A stretch of 64,000 nt of DNA from Octopus vulgaris (lineage: Eukaryota): NCBI GenBank assembly GCA_951406725.2, contig OX597823.1:82956001-83020000 (forward strand), read 5' to 3'. The position numbers and the translations under genes were made by a program. Below are positions 41,268 through 54,083 of the stretch, piece by piece. How positions within the stretch are numbered: the first letter of the stretch is position 1; every line of letters begins with the position of its first letter. The notes under the pieces are model-generated. The model saw only the letters and a program-made list of their open reading frames with translations, was not told the DNA's origin and ran no database searches.

Positions 41268-41481
41268 GTATGTATGTATTATGTATATGTGCAACATACA
41301 TATATTTTCATATATACATATATACACACATATGTGTGTATGTGTGTGTGCACGTATATATGCGTGTTTGTGTGTATGTATGTATGAATACTGCTCACTG
41401 TTTTATTACAAGCATACAATAGCAGCAATGTCTAATTTGCCCCGTTTTTTCCTTTTCTATCTCTCTCTCTGTCTCTCTCTG

Positions 41482-41521
<40 letters not shown>

Positions 41522-41769
41522 CCTCTTATATTCATTCATTGTGGTTACTTCCAGACAGCTTTTGTTTCTAAACATCAGTCACTTTGTCTGCAAAGTTACC
41601 TTCTGATTCATAATGGTTATTGAGTAAAACAAGACAAAAAAAAACACATAAATAAACAAAAACAAAACAAAAATCACACACGTACACAGCTTCCCCAGGA
41701 AACATTGGTCATTAACTATATGTGCATGCATGTCTCTCTGCATGTATGAATGTATATATATATATATAT

Positions 41770-41848
<79 letters not shown>

Positions 41849-42368
41849 TGTATGTATGTATGTATGTATGCATGTATGTATGTATATATGATCTACCAAC
41901 GATAATCAAACCAGAATGGAAACGCAACAAGCTACGTGTGTTATCCTATCCAATTCGCTTACAGCCACTACGCCAGAAATCAATACGTTATATATATATA
42001 TGTATTCTATATTCTACTTTAGTTACCGTATCATTTCAACCAAGTAGAAATAACGTGGTCAAGGAGCTATTATCTCGATACTGCAACGCAGTGAATTCAC
42101 GGTCACCTATAGGATTTATGCTTAACTACTGAGTCAGCACAATCGAATTTATTCACTAAAATTTAAAACCGCTAACAAAAAGACTTATTGGGTAACAAAA
42201 GGATTATTCAGTGGCTGCTTAGCTGTTAGAGACTGGCTTGAATGTTGTTTGCATTGAGCAAGTAGCAACCTGTCTATTTAGAAAATGCAGAACCAATCTT
42301 ATTAGAAATGAACTCCTCCTTTTGTGTGTATGCGCAGACACCGGCGTGTACGTTGTGTGTGTGCGTGT

Positions 42369-42428
<60 letters not shown>

Positions 42429-42634
42429 ATATATATATATGGTAGTTGGATAAGGCGGCGAGCTGGCAGAAACGCTAGTACGCCGGGCGAAATGCTCCTT
42501 CAGAACTAAATTTAAAGGTTACGTGTGATTGTGGTAAACTTAGCCGCTTCCACATTAATTTCACGAGCAGGCTGTTCCGTTGAGTGGATCAACTGGCACT
42601 CTCGTCGTCATAATCAACGGCGAGTCAGGAGATA

Positions 42635-42822
42635 TAAGGAGTGCTGAAAAAGTTCCTGGCTTTAATGGTGTTTTGAAAGGCCTGGCTGGAGTCCTAACAT
42701 CACGAGTTCTTTTACAAAGCTTAGAAAAACTGAAAGACCGCTGCAACAAGTGTTTGAATCTGAGAGGAGATATGTAGAATGGAATCACAATTAGCTGATC
42801 CGCCTAAATTTTCAACACCCCG
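42635..42822 (+). mobile_element. Internally deleted mariner (MITE-like)
   Basis: Ends GGAGTGCTGAAAAAGTT and AATTTTCAACACCCC are approximate inverted repeats. The interior encodes the mariner C-terminus [17 protein letters not shown]. Confidence 0.65.
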
Positions 42823-42839
42823 TCAAGTGTATACATATA

Positions 42840-42875
<36 letters not shown>

Positions 42876-43449
42876 TACATTTATATATACATACATACAT
42901 ACATACATACATACATACATACATACATACATACATACATACATACATACATACATACATACATACATACATACATACATACATGCATATATATGTATAT
43001 ATATACATACCCGGATACGAAAGTGTGGGCGTATAAAACTTCTGCTTTAATACAGTTGTACTTCATATACCCGCATAAAAGATAATTTGTTATAAACGCT
43101 GTATTGAACGAACTTTTGGAATATATTGTAGTGGATTTATTTTGAGGAGGATTGCTATATATAAATGAGTGAAACGCACTTAAAACCTCAGCTGTGACCG
43201 CTAGTTTTCTGTTCAGTGCTATTCGTTCTACAAATGTCAAATCAGTCTCTATTACACCTATTCTTCAGTCTAAATCTAGATTTAGATATATATAGAGTGA
43301 GAGAAAATTTCGCCTCAAAGTGTTTCTGAAAAGATCAAAGAAATTGATCATCATCTGGTAAATCTTTTTCAGATGCTAGGAGAAAGAAAACAAAGCGTTA
43401 TGAAGAACTTGAAGAATTTAACAGTTCTGTTTCTTTGTTTTATCCTTTT

Positions 43450-43695
43450 ATCTTTTAGTTGCTTCCATCACAGGACTGTGACCATGCTGGGGTACCACCT
43501 CGAAGTGTTTAATCTAATAAGTCGACCTCGGGACTTATTTTTTAAAATCTAGTAATTATTCAATCGGCCACTTTTGACTAAATTACATCTACTACGGAGA
43601 TGTAAAGAAACCAGCAACATTTGTGAAGCCGTGCGGAAGGCACACAAATACTAACTCACACACACATATGCACACACATGCACACACACACACAC

Positions 43696-43735
<40 letters not shown>

Positions 43736-44130
43736 ATCACGTGACCGACCAGACCATCAGATGTTGTTACACATCGCTGGTCACAATGCGGTCGCATTGT
43801 TTTAGCCTTCGAATGACGCCACCCCGCTAGCTAAGCGAGCAGGCCAACAGAAGAAAGAGTGGGAGAAAGAGTGGTGAAAGAGTACAGCAGGGATCACCAA
43901 CCCCTGCCGGAGCCTCGTGGAGCTTTTAGGTGTTTTCGCTCAATAAACACTCACAACGCCCGGTCTATATATATATATATATATATAACACAGGCTTCCC
44001 CACAGTTTCTGTCTATTAAATTATAAGGCATTGGGTGACTTGTGACTACTATAGAAGTCATGCGTATAGCACCGCTTCAGGTCTGAACCGAAAGCCATTA
44101 AGCTGCAAACCATGCTTCTTAACCAGCCAC
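43450..44130 (-). mobile_element. Degenerate SINE B interrupted in its internal (TA)n tract by a SINE C copy
   Basis: Tail half at 43450-43700, head half at 43985-44130. Confidence 0.7.
43728..43966 (-). mobile_element. SINE family C, tail type 2, 5'-truncated, inside (TA)n
   Basis: Reverse complement matches 62325-62540 and ends GGTCACGTGATCACGTGAT(AT)n. Confidence 0.85.
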
Positions 44131-45409
44131 CTATAGCGGCGACTACTTTGACTTTTTAAAAAAATTGTTGTAGTATGAATACAGAAGTCATGAATGGAAC
44201 AACAGGCGCGATGTAATTTGGGAAAGGTGGATAGAAAATATTTGTGTCAGCATATACGGACGACCTCCCTGTCATAGTATCGTATATGTTGGATATCGAC
44301 GTACCTATTACAATACTGAGAGAAAAATACATGTTAATATAACATGAGCGTGCATTACCTAGGAAAATCGTGTTTGCAACTCTGTATTTTAGATGATAAC
44401 TCTGCTTATCTGAACACGTCTTTTGAAATCAGTGAACTAAGACTCTCATAATAAAAAAATGAATAATTAGCAAACATTAGTAAGAGTCAGTAAGTCAGTT
44501 AAATTTCTCATGAGTATCAAAATATTTAATCCTTTCACCGTGATAATAAATTGTGCATTTGGTTATGTTATTATCTAAGTGATAATCAAGAGAAGCTACG
44601 ATTCTCGCAGAAGGAAACAGACTGGTTAAACACACACTTTACACATACTCTCTCTAAGTGGAATAGTAAAAATGCACAAGTTTCTTCAAAACTATGATAT
44701 GCAAAAGTTATTGTTGTTACCAAGGAAATTTCAGCGATAGAAATTTTCTTTCTTTCTTTGAACATATTTAATTCTTTCTCGGAAATATTAAAAGACTCGA
44801 TGTAGCCTCGAGTCTAAACTTTTGAGGAGCTGTCATTCCATAACTATTTAGTGTTTAAACCAGCCACATCTCGCCAAAATATTGCCGCTGTTTTATGTTC
44901 AAAACGGACAGATGCAGCCCTCACGCCTACACTACAACATCATTCAAAAAAATTTATATAATCGGAATCTTAAAGCTATACGATAATGCATGATGAACTG
45001 ACGAAAACTGTGACTAAATAAGCTATACATTTGATAGAATATATTGAATGCCAAAGGGTTAAAGAATGATATATGTGTGTGTGTGCTTGTGTCTGTGTAT
45101 GTATATTGTATGAACATGTATGTATATATAATACACACACACACATACATATAAGCAGATTTATATACATGTAAGTGAACTTTTATATACATATATATGC
45201 ATCTATACACAACAGACACATGCGCATATACCCATACATACATACATACATACATACATACATACATACATACATGCATACGTACGTACATACATATATA
45301 TATAGGGATATACATATGTATATATATATATGTGTGTGTAAATATATATGTATATATATACATACATATTTATATATACATATATATATAAATATATATA
45401 TGCATATAC

Positions 45410-45440
<31 letters not shown>

Positions 45441-46054
45441 TGCAGCTGGCTCGTCTTGGAATTTTAAACCAAATAAAAAAAAAATTTGAATTTACATAAG
45501 TAAACTGCTAATCAAAATCACGAATAGCCAGAAAACATTGATATCTAATTAGTGTGTACTCTGTTGATGCAATTACATGTTTTCTTAATTCGTAGACATT
45601 CTCAATAGAATCAATAAAATTTCTGCATTTTTTGTCATCTCTTACCTCGTGTAGATTATGTAGAGCGTTCCAGTTATCTCACAGTCAGTATGAGACACAT
45701 ACTTTAAACGAGTAATTTGAAGACACTGAGCTAACTACGTAATGTAATTTCGTAGAATATCTCTTCAGCTTTAACTCCTTTGAAATTCTATTATCTGTAC
45801 GTTAAGGGTGTTGGGATAAGCTAACGTGTGAACGCGTTAAGATTCAGATATCTATACGATCGCATCCGATGCTGTATTAGTTTCATGAGAAAATACGTTA
45901 ATATGCTTTGTGACTGCGTAATGAAATTATATTTTCATTTAATTTGATAAGTAAATTTTACACTTTAGCAAACACTTATCGATATTTGATATTTATCGCC
46001 ATAAGTTTCATATACATTTTCAGGGCAGGGAACTATATTATATAATCAGGGGGA

Positions 46055-46118
<64 letters not shown>

Positions 46119-46489
46119 ATGTATGTATCTATATATGTATATATATTGATATAGATATATACGTTGTAAGTATATATATATATATATGTATATGTATGTA
46201 TATACATTATGAGTATTATATATATATAAATATATATATTATAGATATTATATATATTTACATATACATAAATATATATATATATATACATGCATATATA
46301 AAAAAAATATTATGTATTATATATATATTGTATATGTTCGTATATATATATTTATATGTATATAAACATGTGCATACCCATACACACATACATATATATA
46401 CATTATAAGATAAAAAACAACAACAATAATAATAATAATGATAATAATAACAATGACAATAATGATGATGATGATAATAATAATTATAA

Positions 46490-47230
46490 TAAAGAACAAG
46501 CTTTACATACTAAAGAGTAGCATTTATATGATATCAGCGCCATGTGTGAGTGGATAATGCGGTAAGTCATCTGAGACGCTTAGACATGTAATTAGTGGAA
46601 GCTCAAAAATTAGTCGTAAAAATGTGTACAAACAACGACAGGACAAAATAGAATGTCACAATAAATGATACGAGCACCAACCTTTGCCGGTTGTAGGGAA
46701 TGATAAGGTGAAACTGACATGGGATATGTGGGATATGCCAATACAGTTATCCCTCGCGGTTCACCTATCGCAGTTTATTATTTAAGCTTACGTCGATTTC
46801 TCCGTTGTGTTGTTTTGCATGCATAATAAAATAAATATACACAAATAGAAATAATTTTTTTTTAAATATACAGTACAGTACTGTTTTTATTTCGCAGATT
46901 TTCACCTATCGCCGGGGATGGTGGTTTGGAACGTAACACCCACGATAGTCGAGGGATTATTAAATACACACACAAAAGGCTATAAAGTAACCGACCACAT
47001 GTCACTCTCCCCTGAAGGTGTCCAAAGAATGGACCTGTATCAACGTTGCTACGACTGCAGATTAAAATGGTGTTAAGATAGAGGACGAGGAACTCGGAAA
47101 GTGAGTGTGGTTATGTATTGCGATCGCTGCATTTGGGATCATCTCAAAAAGATCGATATTCTGGCATTAAACGCTGCCATACGAACCTTCTTATGAAGTA
47201 CGAGCAAAACGAACCTCCCGTCAAATGGAC
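46490..47230 (+). mobile_element. Old RLE-type LINE fragment after (AAT)n, interrupted by a MITE
   Basis: EQALHTK...CGKSSETLRHVISG...YKQRQDK...YEHQPLPVVGNDKVKLTWDM; resumes after 46965 with NRPHV-like sequence. Confidence 0.65.
46744..46962. mobile_element. Tigger/pogo-like MITE
   Basis: TA|CAGTTATCCCTCG ... CGAGGGATTATT termini; internal repeat TTCACCTATCGC occurs twice. Confidence 0.65.
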
Positions 47231-47439
47231 GGTGCTGAGTTGTCAAATATTTAAACCAAATTTTCTCAAAACAACTTGTCCGACCGTCCCATAGGCCTAC
47301 CCTTTGAGAAACACTGATTTAACCTAAATTTGAGACACCAGCAAAAGAAGAAATAAAGATATATTTTTTTACTATTCCAAAGAAAAACGATTTGATTCAC
47401 TTTATCGATCGCATTCTCACCTGGAATCGATTTTTGTAA

Positions 47440-47570
47440 TTTTTTCAAGACTTATACACGCCCTGATACCGTGGGTATCTACATATCAAATTTTAGCGCA
47501 ATCGGATGGAGGATTCCCGAGATCCTAGAAGACACACAGACAGAAAGAACGGATTTTATATAATAGATTC
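47440..47570 (+). mobile_element. Possible non-autonomous Helitron/Helentron-type terminus
   Basis: CATATCAAATTTTAGCGCAATCGG...ACACACAGACAGA...TTTTATATAATAGAT resembles such termini (recall only). Confidence 0.35.
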
Positions 47571-48237
47571 AGATTTGTTTACGTTCTGAGTTCAAATTCT
47601 CTTGAGGTCAACTTTTCCTTTCATCCTTCTAAGGATTGATAAATTCAGTACCAGTTAAGCACTGGTGTCGATGTAACTGACTTTCCCTGCTCCCAAAGTT
47701 GTTGGTTTTGGCCAAAATTTGAAACCAATATTCCCATTGCCTTCCATATCCTTTATATTTGGTTCCGTACAGTAATTTCCTAAGTCTATTAATGTTTCAA
47801 GATTTTCAACACGATTTTGGTATTAAGTTGTTTTATCGAAATGATGTTTCAACTGATGAAAGTTTCATCCTCAGATTTAAGATTACGTAAAAGTTAATCC
47901 TAGTCATGCGCATTATAAAAGCTTTTTAATGCTAATACTTTTTGTGGTTGTTCTTGAAAAAATATTATTTCCACCCTCGCACGCTGCAACGTTAAAAAAG
48001 CAAACACACACTCTCACAAACTTTACTCCTCGCATGCTCACTCACAATCGCCACGATGTGTCTTCTTATCCATTTATTGGATTGCGCCTTTCCAAAGTTT
48101 GTTACTCCTCCTGATGGTATTTTGGGTAACTACATTGCTGTTAGATCCAATTGTCTCAAAAGAAAGGGACATTCAACATATGAATTTCTTCAGGTCTTGG
48201 AAAAAGTAATATTAACCACTACGCCATATGCCCACTA

Positions 48238-48580
48238 GCATATGGCGTAGTGGTTAAGAGCGGGGGCTACTAAACCCAAGGTTCCGAGTTCAATTCCAAG
48301 CAGTGACCTGAACAAAAACAACAACAATAATAATAATAATAATAACAACAACAACAACAACAATAATAATAATGATAATAACAACAATAACGACAACAAT
48401 AACAACATCAACGACAACATCGAAAAATACCTTAGGAATGAAAACCCAAGCTCCTGATGGGTGCTGGAAAGTGTATCAGTCGAAACGTTGTGTTAACAAC
48501 AAACAAGATGAGCACAAATATCCGTCAAATGTAAATAATGTAAATAATGTACATCATTCCTCATATTTTAAATATAGAAC
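48238..48580 (+). mobile_element. Element D copy 2: tRNA-like head, (AAC/AAT)n, degenerate hammerhead, (ATGTAAATA)n end
   Basis: A box TGGCGTAGTGG and B box GAGTTCAATTCC; CTGATGG..GCTGG...TCAGTC-GAAACGTT-GTGTT; a perfect 20-bp inverted copy of its 5' end lies at 48212-48231. Confidence 0.75.
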
Positions 48581-48600
48581 ACACATACACACACACACAT

Positions 48601-48641
<41 letters not shown>

Positions 48642-48798
48642 GAGAGAGAGAGAGAGATAAATAGATAGATAGATAGAGACAGATAGATAGGTAAATACAT
48701 ACATAGACAGGGAGAGAGACAGACAGACAAACATACATACATACAGACACGCAGACAGACAGACATATATATATATATATATATAGATAGATAGATAT

Positions 48799-48843
<45 letters not shown>

Positions 48844-49042
48844 TAGACAGACGGATACGCACGATGGGCTTCCATAAAATTTCAGCTTATCAAATTTCCT
48901 TACATTATGCTGATTGGACTGGTGTTGTAGCAGAAGACATTTGCCAAAGTCGCCGCTCGGTAGAACCGAACCGAAAACCATTTGGTGACAAAGCGAGCTT
49001 TTAAACCTCACAGCCATGCCTGTATTTCTATATTATTCATGT

Positions 49043-49260
49043 AAGGCAGCGAGCTAGCAAAATTATTAGCATACAAGAAAAAATGCTTAGCGGAATGTCG
49101 TCAGTCTTCACCCTCCGAGTTCAAATCCCGCCGAGGTCCGCTTTACCTTTCATGTTTTCGGTGTCGATAAAATATGTACCAGTTGAATAGTGGGGTCGAT
49201 TTAATCGACTTACCCCCGCCCCCAACATTGCAGGCCTTGTGTTAAAATTTGAAATCAATA
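49043..49260 (+). mobile_element. SINE family A monomer (further decayed copies at about 6330-6530, 8330-8530, 35240-35407, 47580-47730, 54238-54590)
   Basis: AAGGCAGCGAGCTAGC...GAGTTCAAATCCCGCCGAGG...GGCCTTGTG. Confidence 0.8.
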
Positions 49261-49281
49261 TGATGTACGTTTGTTTGTATC

Positions 49282-49672
49282 CCCTTCTTAGCACTCCGTC
49301 GGTTACGACGATGAGGGTTCCGGTTGATCCGAATCAACGGAACAGCCTGCTCGTGAAATTAACGTGTAAGTGGCTGAGCACTCCACAGACACGTGTACCC
49401 TTAACGTAATTCTCGGGGATATTCAGCGTGACACAGAGAGTGACAAGGCCGGCCCCTTGAAATACAGGTACAACAGAAACAGGAAGTAAGAGTGAGAGAA
49501 AGTTGTGGTGAAAGAGTACAGCAGGGATCACCACCATCCCCTACCGGAGCCTCGTGGAGCTTTTAGGTGTTTTCGCTCAATAAACACTCACAACGCTCGG
49601 TGTGGGAATCGAAACCGCGATCCTATGACCGCGAGTCCACTGCTCTAACCACTGGGCCATTGCGCCTCCACA
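49282..49672 (-). mobile_element. SINE family C, tail type 1, full length with 13-bp TSD
   Basis: TSD GTTTGTTTGTATC at 49269-49281 and 49673-49685; head TGGAGGCGCAATGGCCCAGTGGTTAG...GGTTTCGATTCCC. Confidence 0.9.
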
Positions 49673-50157
49673 GTTTGTTTGTATCAATCATTGTAAATTC
49701 TACGAAAGAAATTTCGTTCTACAAGATACATTCCAAGCTTTATTCAATTCTGTCTTGTTTATTAAGCAGCACCTTGATGGAAAATATGAAAAAGATTATC
49801 TCACATCTAATTTTAATGTTGCTGATTCTGATCTCACTTCCAAAACGAATCCGAAGAAAAATAGTTTTTGACGTTTATTTAATATTCTGTATAACACTTT
49901 TAACACACTTCAACATTTTCTATCATTCTTGACAAATTTATCATTATTTTTGCGTTTGCTTGGAACAGTATTTAGCTTTTGTTAACTACGTCTTTTTCTT
50001 TCTAAGCATATTGTGTTTATATTTGTGACTATGTCACTTAGAACTGATGTGTAGATATGAAGATATTCGCAACATATAACACTCACACTATCCCACTTCT
50101 CTCTCTTTCTCCCTATATATATATATATGTTTATATATATATATATTCTTTTATTCT

Positions 50158-50193
<36 letters not shown>

Positions 50194-50299
50194 GAAAATA
50201 GTAAAAAGTGAAAAAACTACAGAAGGCTTAAAGGTTAAAAAAATATATATATTTGCGTCAATATGTCTGAAGAATATTAAAAAATTTTTTTCCTTACAA

Positions 50300-50369
<70 letters not shown>

Positions 50370-50371
<2 letters not shown>

Positions 50372-50580
50372 TATTATATAGAAGGAGCTTCTACAGGACT
50401 AGTACTGTTTCATTCAAGAGAAATCTTCAGGAAGCATTTGAGCTTCCTGAAGATTTCTCTTGAATGAAACAGTACTAGTCCTGTAGAAGCTCCTTCTATA
50501 TAATAAATTAATTTTACTCTGCTATGTATTGAGTACCTTACTTACTGTGGTTAACCCCGAATCAACCCGGGACCTACATA
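50370..50580 (+). mobile_element. Hammerhead-bearing Penelope-type terminal fragment with a perfect 66-bp inverted duplication, inside (TA)n
   Basis: 50370-50435 is the exact reverse complement of 50442-50507. HHR: AGCTTC-CTGAAGA-TTTC(TCTT)GAAT-GAAA-CAG(TACTAGTC)CTG-TA-GAAGCT. Confidence 0.75.
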
Positions 50581-50602
50581 TATATATATATATATATATA
50601 TG

Positions 50603-50860
50603 AGGTGTATGGCTCTGTGGCTAGAGCGTCAGGCTCCCAATCAAGGGGTCGGGAGTTTGATTCCCAGACAGGGCTGTGTTCTGTTTTTGATCTGGACACT
50701 TTATTTCATGTTGCTCCAGTTCACTCATCTGTAGAAATGAGTTGCGACGTCACTGGTGCCAAGCTGTATCCGCCCCTTTGCCTTTCTCTTGGACAACATC
50801 GCTGACGTGAAGAGGGGGGTCTTGTATACATGGACGACAGCTGGTCTTCTGTCCGAAGGG
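50603..50860 (+). mobile_element. tRNA-headed SINE related to family C with yet another 3' module (related heads at 53680-53990 minus, 54650-54960 plus, 9960-10130 minus)
   Basis: TGGCTCTGTGGCTAGAGCG...GAGTTTGATTCCCAGAC...CACTTTATTTCATGTTGCTCCAGT. Confidence 0.7.
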
Positions 50861-50896
50861 CGCTTTTACCCTACATATATATATATATACATATAC

Positions 50897-50952
<56 letters not shown>

Positions 50953-53169
50953 CGATGTGTTTATCTCTAAAGACGCTACTGCATCGGTTTCGGTGAATAC
51001 GGTTCAGATGTTCAAGGAATTGAATTGCCTCCTCCTCTGTTAACTTACAAATGCTCAAGAATACGAAGGGCACTCGACCCTTAACGCTATTGTATAGCAG
51101 AAAAAGCATGGCGTGGTGTGTGCCATGGCTGCATCAATGAATTCCTTGTACAAATGTCTGGTGAGTTTCAATACAGTTTCCCTCGACCAAATTTCTTTCA
51201 CAAAGTATGGGTCGATACAGGGCTATGGAAAATAAAATTTTCTCATGATGAAAACAATCGGGATCAAACTTGCAACTTGTGGTTCCTAAGAAGGTGGGCG
51301 GTGATGGTGTAAGTATTGAACTGTGCGTCAGATGAATTATGCCTGGCCCTCAAAGACAAGTAGAACCTGACAGGTCTCCAACAATATAGTTTCTGCCTAA
51401 TCAGTTTTATCTGTATGGCCTGGAACTTTCCGAGAGTAAAAAACACTTGCCCATGATGTTTCGCAATTACAGAACCCAGAATTTGGTTGTGAAGAGACTT
51501 TTCAACCTGTGCCCTTGTGTACATGCGTACCTATCTTTCCAGAATAACTAACGAAAAATATTGTAATTTACTTGAAGCATTGAAAAATTGTGTGAATTAT
51601 ATAAATTTTGAAAGAAAAATGTACAATGGAAGTAAGTTCGGCAAACTATGTAAAGTAATGTTATTAAATGAAAAGAAAGCCAAGCTTTATTGTATTGTTG
51701 GTTCATGATCCTATAATATTTACCCTATAATATTTTGGGAAAAGTAAATCTTTTCAAATATAAGACATAAAATTAAGCTAGGAGTTCGAAGAAATGTTTT
51801 ATTACGAGTAAAACAACTATAGTGTATTGTGATGAGGAGCTGTATTTAACACTAAAGAATTCTTTTATTCTTTTATACTTTTGCTCGAGGAACTTCATTT
51901 AGAATAATAGATGATGTGTCAAATTGTATAAAGATTTTGCGGGTTTTAATCTATTTAAAGAGTTGATCTCTTGGCTCAGAAATCGGTGAACACGTTTTGC
52001 TGGCCGTAATGCTATTATAACAATTCTAAAGAAGATCTTTTCATACTGACGGCACGGGGTCTGCTGCAAATTGTAACGGCCAATTCTCACAGAAATCACT
52101 GTTTTCAAAGAAAGGAAGACTGTAATGTCATGGCTGGAATGCAACTGAATATACATTTCTATGCAGTTTCTTAGAAAATTTTGAGTCTTTCTGTAATTGT
52201 GTTCATCTTGAAGAAAACGAAACAATAATTTGGAACCAAAGAAGCTTCTACGTAGTCAATCGATCTGATAGTAATAGCGACAAAATCTCTCTCAGACCTT
52301 ATCCTACCGTCTTAAAAAGGGAAACAAATACGGGATATCGTGGTCATGAATACTTATGACTGAATACAAGCGATACGTCTTGGATAGATCATTTGCAATA
52401 ATATGTTTCTTCATTTAAGTCTTTCCTGGGGTTAAACAACAAAAATTCAAACCTTATTTTATATTGAGCGTTTTTCGTTTCCTTTTATTTTATTTATTCA
52501 TGATATTTCAAACAATTATAAGCAAGAAGATAAAACAAAAAACAGAATTTCACAGCTAACACACTGCTTTTTCGCCTACTGCTCCAGAAAGAATTGCAGA
52601 AAAGAAAATAATTGGCTGGAAATAAAGATTAAAATATTCATCATTTTATCATTGAGATTTTTTCCCGATAATTCAATAAAAGATAAAAACTATATTTTGC
52701 GTCTAAGTTGGTAATTCTTTCATTTCCGCTTGTTTTTTTTATCTGAATCATATTGAACTACAAAATCACAAATTATTTACAAAGACATCAGTTTCTAATA
52801 TTCCTTTGCCGTACAAACGTTTTCAATAAAAGCAAACAAGTTATAAAAATAAAACTCTCATATTCTTTTACAGTTTTTTTCCCTAACAATTTTCAATCAC
52901 TCCGGTATGGTTTTGTCCTTTTGTATACTAAAAGATAAATTGAACAATACAATATTTTTTTCATATTTATTTCACGAGAAATACCGATTCATTATTTCCC
53001 GCAGTTTAAAATACTTTTATCTAAAACCATCAATTCACTTGTGTGAGTGCGTGGGTATATTAAGCTTCTGTGGGAGCAAACATGAACATATATATATAAG
53101 AATTTTTTGCGTAATGAGGTAAAAACTAAGAACTAAGGGTGTGTAGATATTAGAACATTTATGTATCTA

Positions 53170-53206
<37 letters not shown>

Positions 53207-53329
53207 AAATACAAAATGGGACAAGAACACAAAACACCCGGACAACTAGATGATACAAAAGGGGACAACAATACATACACACATCCACACACACACATGT
53301 ATGTATGTATGTGTATTTTTCAATGTGTA

Positions 53330-53620
53330 AAGATAACACAGAAAAAAAATAGTTACCAGGATAGCAAAAATTCAAGTAAGGGCCAAGGATGTTACTGCCT
53401 ACTTATAATGGTAGAAGTTCCAGAGTTTAGTGAAATGTTTTTGAATTGCATAGATAAATTAAGAAATGGAGTTAAACGCAAGTGTTATTCAAGTCTTTAT
53501 ACTTCCGACATGTTTCTAAGAAATCATTGGTATTATTCCTGAGGGAATATAATGATGTAAACCAATGTAATCATCACGTCAGGTGAAAAGAGAAACAAAA
53601 CACATCAATAAGTCATTTTA
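53330..53620 (-). mobile_element. Decayed relative of the 56-57 kb hammerhead repeats
   Basis: CAGGATAGCAAAAATTCAAG resembles CAGGGTAGCAAAAAATTCAAG at 56753. The minus strand reads CTGACG..(CATTGGT...ACCAATG hairpin)..GAAACATGTC. Confidence 0.4.
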
Positions 53621-53984
53621 ACTGAATGATGTACGTATATATATATGTGTGTGTGGGGTGTATGTATATATAATGGAATCTCCCGTCGTTAGACGACGTA
53701 TCAGGGTTCAGCAATTTCTTAACGAACAACCACGCAGATGATTTGGATGATTTGTATATAGTGATCGAATGTTTGTGTAGACATCAGCTCATTCCCTCCA
53801 TCAGATCGACATCACCCGTACAAATGCAACTTGGTGCCACATGTCAGATGCCAAAATGATCGCAGAGCAGAGCAACGTAAAATGAAGTGCTTTGCTCAAG
53901 AACACAACGCAACGCCCGGTCTAAGAATCGAAGCCACGCTCTGGCAATCGTGAGTGCAACATCTTAACCACTAAGCCATACGCC

Positions 53985-54083
<99 letters not shown>

